A DNA stretch of 63,894 nucleotides, the filler included, from Phoronis australis (taxonomy: Eukaryota > Animalia > Phoronida), in NCBI GenBank assembly GCA_002633005.1. It is 10 parts of 10 records of this genome, joined end to end, with 100 filler letters (N's around TTAATTAATTAA, not from the genome) between each part and the next. Parts side by side here need not be neighbours in the genome. Positions count along the whole stretch, not along the records: positions 1 to 6,543 come from NMRA01002149.1; positions 6,644 to 11,903 come from NMRA01002380.1; positions 12,004 to 24,977 come from NMRA01000223.1; 7 more parts are not named here. One strand, 5' to 3'. How positions within the stretch are numbered: the stretch's first letter is position 1; each line of letters opens with the position of its first letter. The position numbers and the translations under genes were made by a program. Positions 1 through 12,251 of this stretch are shown piece by piece. The notes under the pieces are model-generated. The model was given only the letters and a program-made list of their open reading frames with translations. It was not told the DNA's origin and made no database searches.

Positions 1-3000
1 TTAAAGCATGTAGGCATGTCGAGTGTTCATCCCACGTGTCAAATTTCAAAACAAGTACAGTAGATACAAAGCTTATGTGTTAGCGAATGAATTAATTTGA
101 CAAAAAAGAATCGAATCGAAATACTTGAGAAACTCATGTAAAAATACAGATAGCTTAGCACCTTTTTGTTTGCTGGCTTCTTTCTGATGTCAGCGCCAGT
201 TGCCAACAATTCAAATTGAACAATTATGTTACGGTAACAGTAAAGACGAGGTCTGCTGCTTGTAGTTTAATCGTGGCAGATGTTTTGAAATGGGAGCCAG
301 ACGCGTAATGGTTGAAAATAATTTTTTTTGAATATTAAAACACAGAAAATGTAATTTAACATGCGAATTTCATGCGCGCACCCAGCCTCCAACATTAGGG
401 GGCTCGAATTCCTGATGTTGTGGACATTTTGGTAAAAAAAGCGGGCGGACTAAAAAAACGAAAAAAAAAGAAAATAAACAGGGGCACCAATGTGAATTGC
501 GTGTTAGTGCTTGTTTAGTGGACTTTTGTCTCATTTTCTCGGACTTTTTATTTCACATAGGCGNAAGGGGGATGTCTGTAGAAAGGTATGACTTTTTGTC
601 TGCAGATTATGCAATAATAAACCATTTGGCTACGATTCCAGTGGGGTGTGAATGCTCTGTAAGTTTTGTGCATTCGCAACAGGTGGCGAAAATGTGTTTG
701 GAACATAATTAGTGCGCATGACCTCGCTTTTGTCAACAATCGACTTAATTTCGGTCTCAAGTTAAGGACCGTAGATTAAAATCTCACTTTGTGTTTACGA
801 AACGGTCTTGCCTGAAATTTCGTCTTCGGTCTGAACTTAGTTGTGACTCCAAATAGCGAGATCAAATGGCTATTCAAATAATTAGGGACATCCCCAAGCA
901 AAATCGAACTTAATTGAATGTGTAGTTTAAAACATACATGTACCTGTTCCGAACCAAGTGAGTGCAGCCATCACTTACATGGTCTCTTGATAAGAATCTA
1001 AAACATTCTTCAAAAGTTGCTTTGCACCCATGTAGAAAGTCTTCCGCCATTTTAAGATTTGAGAGCACGTGCGTAAGTGGGCTATATGAACTGACAAAAA
1101 GTAGGCCTAGGCGTTGATTAAGCAAAAATACTCACAGAATAAGAGCAAAACGATGATAGTTTATGAAATAAAACTATAGCGTTGACTAAGCAAAGCTACG
1201 TGTTGATTAAGCACATTTCAACGCACAGAAAGGTTTAAGAACCCTTCAGCGCTTCATAAATTAACCGGTTACAAGTCAAATCTCAAATGGGTTTCACATA
1301 TTTTCATGATGCTTCAATTACATTAGGACAAGCCAGACATAAGCACGTGCACATTTCTTCCCTGGCTGATTTTCTTCATATTGTGCGCGAACTCGAGGTT
1401 AGCCTCCCGCTTTGCTCGAGGATCGTTACGACGGCCCTGACCTACACGACCCCTTGGCTCAAGTTTCATAAAACCATTATGGAAATAAGATGGTAAAAGT
1501 TCACTTACCACCAACTTATATTGGTGGTTGTTGACTCGGAGGTTTCCACCCTCATCTATGAGAGTCTTTTTCAACGAACGCGCGCTTTACTACATTTGTT
1601 CTCGTCCCGAACTAAGAAAACCTTAATCGTATTTTTTAATTTTCAACAAATCCAATTTTACCTCGAATTTTTTTTCTCTGGGTTTGACAGCCTAGTTTCT
1701 CCACGGCACGTTCTCAGCACAGAAGCACGGTTTATCTGCGAAGACTCTACTATGACGGCATGTAGTTGTCCATGTGTCGCGCGTGCATGCTTTCTCACCG
1801 AATCGTGCAACACCACCCACGTCGACACTCAGCGTCCTCTCGCAAGACAACTGACCTTATATTACCGACTTCTCTTATACATGCACAATTTCTGCACGGA
1901 CTCCTCAAGCTGAGTGCAGTGATGACTTCGGTAGGGCTTGGCGTACTCAACTTAATTTTTTGCAGATAGACAAACAGGCTCAGGCTCGGAACAGGAGCTA
2001 GTTCACCATTTCACTACTAACTTTCACATGGTCAAAAATAGAATTGTTTTAGTCTTGGTCTTGCTACAACACCAATATAAGCTGGTACATCACTCTCGAT
2101 TGCCCGGTTACGCAATGCTTGTTGACAGGATTAGAGCTAGTGTCCTTGTATATAAGCTCCGCCCCAGTTGTCAATCACTGAGCTGGTGTGAGCGCTCAAG
2201 CCATATGACATACTGAGGCTTGGTCAAATATAGCTAAAAAAACAACTTTGGATTTTCAGAATGATTTTATTTTTCTTCAGTATACTGTGCATCAAGAATT
2301 AAAGATTAGGATGACATGAAAATGTAAAAAACAGTCAAATTAATTTTTTTGTGTATCCACCTACCTTAAGAAGGATACAAAAAGCTATAGACGTGGAGTA
2401 GGTTACTTTGATTCAAACAATAACAGAACAGACTGGCATTGCCAGCGGGAGTCATGACTCAGCATAAGACTGGTAGTAGGCCAATTTAATTTAGTGCAAG
2501 TCCACATGGCCAATATTCAATCTCGGCATGAGCACGTACATGTGCGACTGGCCCACTACGCTGCCTACGCAATGTTGTATGGTTGGGCTTTACACACAGT
2601 GCACGGAATTAACAGTTGCATCTAAGCTCCTGTAGACATGTCCAGTATAGTGTTCAGTGTTCCTGGCAACCATTCCCTTCGTTTCACAGCAGATTGGGGC
2701 GCCGGAACTACTTTAATTCTTATACTGCGAGCGATAAGATTCGCCGTCGCCAATTTGGTTTAAAATCTTAGATTGAAAAAATGCGATTTCTGCTTGACCT
2801 AATAACTAACCACTGCGTGGGTTGGTCAACCGGCCGGTCCGGTCTGTCCGGGGGTTACGTAGGGTTACATGTCTACCGGCATTCCACGCACTGTTTTCAG
2901 GTCTTTCGTCTTAAACTGTTATGGTCCTGCTGTTGGACAGATAGGAAAGGGTTGCGTCGCTGCGTAAGACAACTTAATGCATACCTTCATGTACACCCGA

Positions 3001-3735
3001 TCGACAAGGTGACCTACTTACACGTACAGTCGATGCAGTTTCTGTTGTTGATCTGAAAGGTAACACCCGATTACATAAGCTCCAGATTCACCGCCCTCTG
3101 AACTGCGACCTTCAGTGTCGGTCAGCGAGTAAAACGGTATTCATTAATGTCACGTGATAGCCTAGATAAAACGTCATGACCATTCGGGAAAACCGCGGGT
3201 ATTTTGGAATAAGTATAGTTACGCAACTGCTTGCCGATGCCTCGTACACCAATCAACTCCATGACGGACACGAAGTTTGTACATGAACCCGAAGTTCACA
3301 AACCAGCTCAACTCGGTCGGATACCGCTGCCGCCGGTATCTTCTTTATAAGCAGCATTTCCGCGTCCCCGTATATGTTGAACTCTTGTAATGGAAGCGCT
3401 AAATGCTTCCTATGACGTACTTAGGGTCCGAACTCCACTATGACTGCCATGGCCAGTGGTCTAGGTGATAAGCCAACAACCCATGACTAAACTAACGGGC
3501 AATACAGTGGCGGGTCCAGGATTCTGAATTGGGGGCAAGGGTAGAGTATTATAGTCTGGATTTTGCCCGTCAGACATTGAAAGTTCCAGGCGGAAGTGCC
3601 AATGAAAGAAATTTAGGTACATGGGCCATGGCCCCCTAGCTCCCCGCCGCCCCCCCCCCAATCTGCCACTATACGTGATTCGCCAGTTTCGATGTTCNNN
3701 NNNNNNNNNNNNNNNNNNNNNNNNNNNNNNNNNNN

Positions 3736-3814
3736 CCTCGTCACCACTGCTGTGAACAAGGTGTCCGTCACTCACACTACTGTCACTGTGATACGGGTCA
3801 CCGACTCCAGCCAT
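3736..3814 (-). CDS. Possible first coding exon of an unknown gene (MAGVGDPYHSDSSVSDGHLVHSSGDE, runs into an N gap)
   Basis: aaaATGG start context; upstream ETS-like CACTTCCGGAA motif near 4020; no recognisable homology. Confidence 0.25.
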
Positions 3815-6281
3815 TTTCAGCTTACAACACACTAAACAATCCCTAAATCCAACGCAGTTGAGTTCTCTACTAACCTATCTTGCCGCAGAATACTCGCCGA
3901 TGGAAAGTGGTGGCGACAATTGGTGAAAAATAGCACAAAACAAAAGTAGAATAGAACAGATTCGCACAGTAAGCTCAACGCAAAACCAGGTGGCGGGAAG
4001 CGCTTGCCTCCTAAAACGTCACTTCCGGAAAAGCGGACGAGTAATTAATAAAATTACGAAAAGCTGTAATTAAGTGAAAAATATGTCTAGGATAACCAAC
4101 CAACCTTATTTTAGCTCAAAATGACATGGGAAAAGGTTGCCTTCGCCTTTAAAGTAAAAAAAAGCGAACAATAATTAAAGTAAGGCAAATGACCAAAATG
4201 ACTATTTTTATACTGAAAAATAAACAGTACTCGCCTTTGAAGTTTTAAAATCGATTTGGGAATGTTTTCTTCAGCCGACGCTTGTTACGAGTACTAATTT
4301 GTGAATCGATTATGATGGGTTGGACACAGCGGGCTCGTTTTTGTTGGGGAAACAAAACCCCATTGTTCGTAGGTATAGGATCGAGTATCACATGCTAATG
4401 AACACGGAATGGAACACTAGGCATTACTAAAAAGAATCAGGAAAACTGGACCTGTGAAATGGGCCCATATAGTATTTGTTACTAATCAACATTCCATTCT
4501 AGTTAATTACCATCGGAACCATCACCGACTGCATGAAAAACCCTTCCTCAATGGGATACTTAGGCCAACCCAAAACTTAATTATTGCTTATTAATACTAT
4601 TCAATTGCTTGCCTAAAGCCACCCGTTTATAGGCCTATTGGACAATCATTCAATCCCACGAGGGTTCTAGTGTATAGTTTAAACATGGGCGGCTCACCAT
4701 AGGGGGCTGGAGGGCTATAGCCCCTACTTTCTTGAGGGCGCTACGCCACACATGGTCTATAGCAGGCCTATAGGCGGTGAANAAATGACAAGCGCGAACT
4801 GCAGTTTTAATCATCAAGCCAATGTCTGTAGCTGCAGTATTACATACAGTCGCATCCTGTGTACAAAACTGGGGAGTCTCTCGATGTCGCCGGACCACAA
4901 CGGACTGTTCATGATTGAACTATCGGTACTGCATGAAATACTTCACACTTTCAACACGATCTGTACCAACTGACAAAGACATGCGTTAGCCGGCACTTTG
5001 TATGGAATACATTATAGGCGAAGTCTTGAAACGTAGAGTTTTAGAAGTGCGCCCGAAACACAAGTCACTCCCATCAGACAGGTAGTTTACTCAAGGATCA
5101 GTGTCCGGCTGAAATGGGTCACACCACAGGACACTGTTTTAAAATTACACTATGTTGGCCAGCTTAATGTTTTTGTTTGTGAGCCACATGTGTTAAAAAT
5201 TGGACAGTTTATTGGACTACTCGGATTAGTGTAGTAGCACAATCTATGATGTAATTTTTCTACTTATGGTTTAATTTCGATGCGGCAAAAACGAATTATC
5301 AATATTTTGTTCACAAAAAGAACAAACTTTAGTTGATAAACCCAACGGATACTGAAGACACATGATATAGGCAGAAACAATGCTTCAGTGAAGCCATACA
5401 GGTTAGGTCAATTTGTTACAGCTATAGACGACCAAACCTCGCTCAAAATGATCTTTACGTTAAAAAAAACTGGTAAGGTCGGAGATGTGCCAAAGATAAA
5501 GAAACCTGATTGGCTACGTCCACTCCGCACTGGTTGAGTTTTCAAATTTGAAATATCAATATATTCCCCTCGCTCAGTGGCGAGTGACCCGCAATCCGCA
5601 AACGGACGGAAAGTAGTGACTAGACGCCACATCTTTACTCCATCAGGACGAGATGTGCACTCAAGTACCATCATTGGTGACATTTCTGTGAAACCGCGCA
5701 GTTATGCCTATCGTTTACAGTACTTTGTTCAGCCCCGCCACTCAAGCTTGATGAATTCAGGTGTTGGCAAAGTATAACATCCTCACCCGAAATAAAAACG
5801 ACGACCTCTTGTGGACAGTGTATCACGTCATATATGTGCGAATCCAGCAGTTTCAACACACGTCACCTCGCAACATTTACTCAGTGCTGAACGACTGTAC
5901 AACCCGGGGAGGAGCAAGTGCAGATCCAACTCCCACCACAAATCACTAGTTCCCATGAACGCAAGTTATTACACCCTAATCATTTTTTCTTAAAAAGCAT
6001 GGGCACAACGAAAAATGACTCTCACTCAGGTTACCATGTCTGGAGAATTGTGTGTCTGTAACAGGGTGACAATGCCACACCCCGGTGACAAAGCGTTTCA
6101 CACCTTTGAACGCCGGCACTAAGGTCTTCAGTGCATGGCTAGGGACCCACATTCTATCACACCGAAACAACACATCTTTTGATTTAGACCACTTATGAAG
6201 TTCGTCTCGATCTGTTCTATAGTCAAAGTCAACGCCTCGAAGGTACTATCATTTGGTTCACGAGCCCCACAGGCCTACTGG

Positions 6282-6468
6282 CTCGAGCCCTACTACAGAC
6301 TCTACTACATGTATATACTCGAGCCCCAAAGACTCTACTACATGTATATACTCGAGCCCTACAGACTCTACTACATGTATATACTCGAGCCCCACAGACT
6401 CTACTACATGTATATACTCGAGCCCTACAGACTCTAGTACATGTATATACTAGAGCCCTACAGGCTCT
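6282..6468. repeat. 33-bp minisatellite, about 5.5 copies
   Basis: Unit CTCGAGCCCYACAGACTCTACTACATGTATATA read directly; explains the repetitive ORFs at 6195-6483. Confidence 0.95.
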
Positions 6469-6543
6469 ATGACGGCTTGCCACAAGGAGTCATGAAAGGC
6501 GCCAAGCATATAGCCTCGTAGAATAACAAGCCCAAATATCCCT

Positions 6544-6643
6544 NNNNNNNNNNNNNNNNNNNNNNNNNNNNNNNNNNNNNNNNNNNNTTAATTAATTAAN
6601 NNNNNNNNNNNNNNNNNNNNNNNNNNNNNNNNNNNNNNNNNNN
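6544..6643. other. Artificial contig spacer 44N-TTAATTAATTAA-44N; identical spacers at 11904, 24978, 27290, 38323, 42937, 54778, 57804 and 61303
   Basis: Nine identical 100-bp blocks containing a six-frame stop linker. Confidence 0.97.
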
Positions 6644-7761
6644 CTCTTGTAATTAAGGAACCCATCTGGTTCCTTCTGTGAAATATTTATTTGTAGAGCT
6701 GTGACCCTGAAATCGCCAAGACAACTTAAAATATTTATTATTCTTGTTGTTTTATTTGTCCCCAATAATTCTAAAAACCTCTAGTTGCAGTGTAGGAATT
6801 TCCATAGTAATAAATTCATTTCTTGAAAAAAAGTAAAAATAGGGATCATGATACATGTACATGTACATGAAATGTATTTTAACGTAAACAAGAGACATTG
6901 GGGTACGTTTTACAATTGTTTTGTTGCTAAAGAAAGTGGAAAATGACAAGAGTTATGGCGGAGACAAATGAACACCTGCTCTATAGTTGTCAACAGCTGA
7001 ACATGAAAAAACGGGACCAGTTGATTGAAAAGCAGGAATACTGGGAAAAGCGGGCCATATGGGCCAATCCCGAAATGTTCGCAGCAACACACAGTCCAAC
7101 TTTTTGTCGAACCGCAGGCCTTTACATCCAAAATCGCCCAACAGCGTTTTTTGTTGATTCTTAGGTCAAATGCGCACTTGCGGTTGCCTCAAAACCAATG
7201 AGATGTCCCGGTTTTTTTCTTTAACTCGAACCCGAAAATAGCGCCATATAGCGTGGAAAATTATTGTAGTATATGATAGTACGTGACTGGCTGTTTGAAT
7301 GTCTTTTCTCCAGACCAAACCCATGAATTTCAAATCTACTGCTTGACCTGAAAGGGCCATTTTGGGAGTTTTCTCTTAACGGTGCTTACGTGTGCACGTA
7401 ATTGAAGAAATTCATTATCGAGAAGATATTCGGAAATCGGTGCTGGTGACTGTAGTCAGTAAGTCAAAATATAGAGGTTGTGACGACAGCGGCGGTAGTG
7501 TCAAAATTACTATACAAGTGGTGGATGCTTTAATATGAAAAAATGTGCTTTTGTTAATACCATGGTAGCCATGGTTTTTAAATTTAGCGCTGTTGTTGAT
7601 GACTATGATGTGTCATGTGGCACTGTGGTGGTCAAGACGAAGGTGGCATGGTTTAAACCGATTCAATTCATGTTTCGGTATTCTGAAAACAATGATTGGT
7701 CGGATTTGGTGAAGTGTCACGTTGAAATACATGTACATGTAATGTTTATTTCTTTCCCTAG

Positions 7762-7890
7762 CATTCCTAGTAAATGAACCCAATGACTCCGGAGGAAACG
7801 AGGATTGTGTTCATATCTTTGCAAGTCTTTACGGCTGGAATGACTTGCTGTGTACCCGGAATATTCATTTTGTCTGTCAGATGACACAGG
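7762..7890 (+). CDS. C-type lectin domain, C-terminal exon of a CTL-EGF-sushi protein
   Basis: ccctag acceptor and gtacgt donor; FLVNEPNDSGGNEDCVHIFASLYGWNDLLCTRNIHFVCQMTQ carries EPN, EDC, WND and FVCQ motifs; an alternative in-frame acceptor lies at 7771. Confidence 0.88.
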
Positions 7891-8552
7891 GTACGTGTAA
7901 CAAATGTTGAATTTATCACCTTGCCGTTTCGATTCTGTTTCAAAGCAAGTACTTTGGGTACTCCAGATCCTCATATACAACTTACATGAACGTCTTCATG
8001 AAACTTAAAAGGATACCAAACCCTACTTTGACGATCTTAACCAATCCTCCGTAAGTCGCCTGCTAATGCATCATTGGCGTCATTGTTAAAAGATAAAACA
8101 AGAAATGTACTAAAAACACTTACTAGTTACATGTATGTCACATATTGGATTTTATAGTTCTTGATGCGTGGTGTTTATCCACAGTTGATGTGGAATTCGC
8201 TAAAAGAGCAGGTCACTCTTGCATGTTAAGCAGATTTTGATTAAGATTTCAATTTTTCCTCCTAACAATTGAGGGTCGATGAGCGTTGCAGAGCATTATT
8301 TTTGTATCACAGAATTGATGGGAAGTGGTTTTTAATATTTGTATAGGCCAAAACCGACTGTGGTATCCTTTTAACCAATCACGTCGCACTTTATTACAAA
8401 ATGATAAGTTTATTCGAAGCGATCCATACAGTAGGTCAATTAGTTGAGGAATTTTACCGAGATTGTTCCCTGGGCCAGTGTTCGCATGTATCGTATGCTG
8501 AAATAATGAAATTATTTTCATGCTTAAGTGACATTTTATCATTTAATTGTAG

Positions 8553-8675
8553 ATACAATCGTTGTAGCTTGCACTGATAACGTTTGTCACCCAAAGGCAC
8601 GGTGCTACAATGGAAAAGATTATCACTGGTGCAGTTGCACTGAAGGATATACCGGAAATGGCACGCATTGTGACG
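8553..8675 (+). CDS. EGF-like domain exon (phase 1-1)
   Basis: ttgtag...gtagaa; ACTDNVCHPKARCYNGKDYHWCSCTEGYTGNGTHCD has 6 Cys with CxCxxGYTGNGxxC. Confidence 0.88.
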
Positions 8676-8925
8676 GTAGAACCCTCTAAGTTGTTTGTGT
8701 TGCCTAAATGAATTCCACCGGCTTAGGCTGTGGTGTGCAAGCCTGCTTTTGTAATACGATGAGATTTGAGGGATTGGAAAAATTCTAGAGAGCATTCATT
8801 CATTTCAAATATTTTGAAAAAATAGCGAAACTATGTCGGCGTTAATGTCCATTAACATTTAAAGTTCTGAATAAGTCTTTTGAAAAAAGGTTTTGCTTTC
8901 GTCTAAATACCACCCTCTATTGTAA

Positions 8926-9102
8926 CGGTAAACTGCGACATTCCTGATCTTAACTCCTACTCAAGTGTTACGTCTGATGACAATGTTGGGAGATGTAGTT
9001 CCAACTATATATGCGATTTTGAACATAAACAATCTGGTGGCAACGTTTCACGAAATTGCCAGTTCGATAAGACATGCAGTGGAACAGCATAGAAGAGCAC
9101 AA
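8926..9102 (+). pseudogene. Degenerate sushi/CCP pseudo-exon
   Basis: VNCDIPDLNSYSSVTSDDNVGRCSSNYICDFEHKQSGGNVSRNCQFDKTCSGTA*KST is colinear with the 9378 exon; acceptor reads TGTAA; internal TAG. Confidence 0.8.
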
Positions 9103-9377
9103 GTCAACATAGTGCCGTGTTAAAACACGTGCTACTGTAGAATGGCACTTACAACGAATGATTAATACGGACCTGTGTAAAAAAAATATCCAGCCTATTC
9201 AATACTCATAGGATATTTTGCCTTAAGATTAATAAACTATCATGTCTTTACAACACGGAAATCACACATGTCTGAAACCACTGGCGGTTTCTACGCCAGT
9301 GTCATACATCAGTAAGTCACCGTAATAAATGATTTTTGACACATGGTGGTAGTATAGCTTCTTAATCTTGATTTCAG

Positions 9378-9554
9378 GAGTAAACTGTGGTGTCCCTGAT
9401 GTTAACCCCAGCTCTACTGTTACGTCACGGACCAATAAATTTGAAGACACCGCTAACTACTCATGCAGGTCTGGTTTTGTGCCATCTGGTGGCCATCTCT
9501 CACGAACTTGTCAGACCGATAAATCTTGGAGTGGAACGGCTTTAACGTGTACGA
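9378..9554 (+). CDS. Sushi/CCP domain exon (phase 1-1, 177 nt)
   Basis: tttcag...gtaagt; VNCGVP...ANYSCRSGF...RTCQTDKSWSGTALTCT shows the 4-Cys plus Trp sushi consensus. Confidence 0.92.
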
Positions 9555-10410
9555 GTAAGTTACTCTAAGAATAAGTTTGCCAACAGCCATCGAAATAACG
9601 TTAATCGTTGCTTTACTGAAGTACATGTACTCAGTGTGATCAAACTTCTATCAAGCGGCTAGGGACAACGCAGGTGCATGTGCTTCTTGGTTCGTATTTT
9701 GTGTAATTGCATAAAACATATTTGACTGATACCATTATTTTCCTTTTTTATTGCTAAATTTCAATAAGCCCGGTTGATGGTCAATTTTCCAAAGAATAAA
9801 ACGCATCAAGTTACTAAGCCAATCATCAAATTATACAGGCAAGGTGAGGGCCAGTCGATTTCCATCAAAATTGGCCCATAGGTAGTCCTATGGGATATAT
9901 AAACTGTAGTAAAATAGTTCTCAAAAGTATTACGTTATACCAATTGTTATTGGCTGAAACACAGTTAACGGCTTCGTAGCCGTATTTTCTCGCTGTAAAA
10001 ACAGTCTATTTATAACTGAGCATTTTCCCTTGAATGAAAGGTAATGAACTCTTATTCACTTGACATTGCTTAGTGATGCCAATAGATAGTTATGCAGATT
10101 TCTTAAAAAACGATTTACCATCCTCATTGATTAGATTTACTACACTACCCCCCGGTATAACATTTTGAGGTTATGTTTAATATACTACTATACCAAATCT
10201 CCACAGTGTTATTTATTATCACATATTCAAATGAAATTTTCTGTTGATCAAATGTTAAAGTATGCATGGTAATATCAAATGGATTATTAGTTTTTTGGCA
10301 GAGCCACAATTTTTCAATGTATTTGAAACAAAAGACAACAGAAACCTGTTGTTTAAGTGATTCGGACGACAAGACATGCTGAGGTGAAAACCATCAGTTT
10401 CCATCGCATT

Positions 10411-10546
10411 TGGTCGCGTTGTTATCTCCCATCACTGTCCATGGCAACTGGTCGCGTTGTTATCTCCCATCACTGTCCATGGCAACTGGTCGCGTTGTTA
10501 TCTCCCATCACTGTCCATGGCAACTGGTCGCGTTGTTATCGCCCAT
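10411..10546. repeat. 38-bp tandem repeat, about 3.5 copies
   Basis: TGGTCGCGTTGTTATCTCCCATCACTGTCCATGGCAAC at 10411, 10449, 10487 and partially at 10525. Confidence 0.95.
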
Positions 10547-10717
10547 CGGTCGTATCATAGTTTTTCTTTCTAACTTCTTTGCTGGAAATATCAAAACACG
10601 TCTCATGAATATCGTACGTTGGGCGTTCATCAGGAGGTTACAGACAAATGTCCAACGCTTTCTTTATTATAACAACGGGAAGGATGGATACGCTAATCTA
10701 TCGATCTGTATGGGAAC

Positions 10718-10872
10718 AGCTTCCCGTTCAGTAACGCTAGGACCTCGCTAAAGAGCAAGCCTTCGCGAGATTACGTGAGATAATGCCGTGCATCCTAAAT
10801 GAGAAACGTGACTTTTACTAGGTTTTAGCTAGGTCCTAGCGTAGGTCCTAGCGTCAACTGAACGCATGCCAG
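10718..10872 (+). mobile_element. Short dispersed MITE-like repeat; other copies at about 26505-26630 (+) and 32505-32648 (-)
   Basis: Shared core CTTCGCGAGATTACGTGAGATA and GCTAGGACCT/AGGTCCTAGC inverted motifs. Confidence 0.7.
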
Positions 10873-12251
10873 GTTTCTCGTGGGTGACGACGGAAGAGAA
10901 ATCCCAAAGTATCCACAGACACTTATCACGCACGTGAACCGAGGAACCTAAGCACCGTATTTATACCATGTGTTCTGTTGTATTGGTCATGGTACAGGTT
11001 CATATTCTGTTGTGTTAAGCGTCCAATCCCCAACCTTGTAATATGTCGTTTGAGTAAACGTTCTCGACAATAGAGGTTTATGAATTTAGAAGTAAAGATC
11101 AAATTCCGCGCTGATTTTTTTAAATGAAATCACTTACTAGATCATACACCTTAAAATAAAATAATGTTTGACCATTTTATTCCTGATCTCATTTAAAAAT
11201 TGTCTACCTCACAGACACCTCATCTACGTTGAAAACATTCCACGTGAAAAAATACAGTACACCAACCAGAGACTTGTATACTACGAAATAGGTTTTCATA
11301 ATAAAATACAAAGACAAAAGTACAGTCAAAGGTACACATTTCACGACTCTAATAAACAAATGCCTTCTAGAACCTTTCAACACTCCAATTGCTTCAGGAC
11401 AGAGTCAAACACAAACCCCATAAAGTTGGACTTACATTTAAGGTGATGTAGTATCACTGCGAGAAAGGGATTTCACAATGTCGCTTGCAACACTGTAAAC
11501 TTTCTCTTCTTCACAAACTTGAGGTGGCTTTACAGGGAATTAAGGACTAGAATAATACAGATGTAACTACCACGAGGTGTCAATTCGGTTTGTCGGTTCC
11601 AATTAGACAGCACTTTTGGGATACAATGGTCATGAAAAAAAAACAGAATTAGTTATGAAATTACTCCTTGGAAGCATAAAATGGACAATTCATCAAAACC
11701 ACGTAGTCATACTTAACCCAATTTCTCTCATCCCTAGTGTGACTAAACATGGTTCTGAATGGTTTACCCCCAACTTGCTGCTTGTTGGCTGTACTGTGCT
11801 CAGTGAATCCGTGGACTGACACAGTACTTAAGAGTGAAGTACGGCTCACAGCAGGCAAAAATGCACAGAGGGGTGATAAACCCAATGTCACCGATTCGAA
11901 CCANNNNNNNNNNNNNNNNNNNNNNNNNNNNNNNNNNNNNNNNNNNNTTAATTAATTAANNNNNNNNNNNNNNNNNNNNNNNNNNNNNNNNNNNNNNNNN
12001 NNNCTTTTCAACTAAGTTGCTATTTATGTACCTGTAAGCGAGCCTATGATATAATTTTGTTTTTTAAAAATGACTCCCCTAGTTGTCCAGACTACCTTAT
12101 TCATTTAACAACCCTTGAATTTTCAACAAGCATTGGTGTATTAATTGTTAAATACGGCTATCCTTTGAGTGTCTCGAGTAGTGTGAGTTTCTCTGGTCTT
12201 ACAATGTTTCCCCCCTCATAGTCACAGTTCAATTCCTCTCACCGGCATCGA

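Noticed and set aside
1760-2210. Possible solo LTR on the minus strand (TGT start, TATA-like box)
   Set aside because: No second LTR, PBS, PPT or TSD could be established
4752-4973. HEILH zinc-protease-like motif
   Set aside because: Short ORF with no other metalloprotease features or convincing splice sites
6195-6483. Repetitive ORFs and a CRISPR-like look
   Set aside because: Head-to-tail 33-bp minisatellite with no unique spacers; eukaryotic context
7717-7980. Minus-strand 87-aa ORF
   Set aside because: Antisense shadow of the C-type lectin exon
10357-10751. Repeat ORFs or a CRISPR-like 38-bp repeat
   Set aside because: Contiguous tandem copies with no spacers and no cas genes
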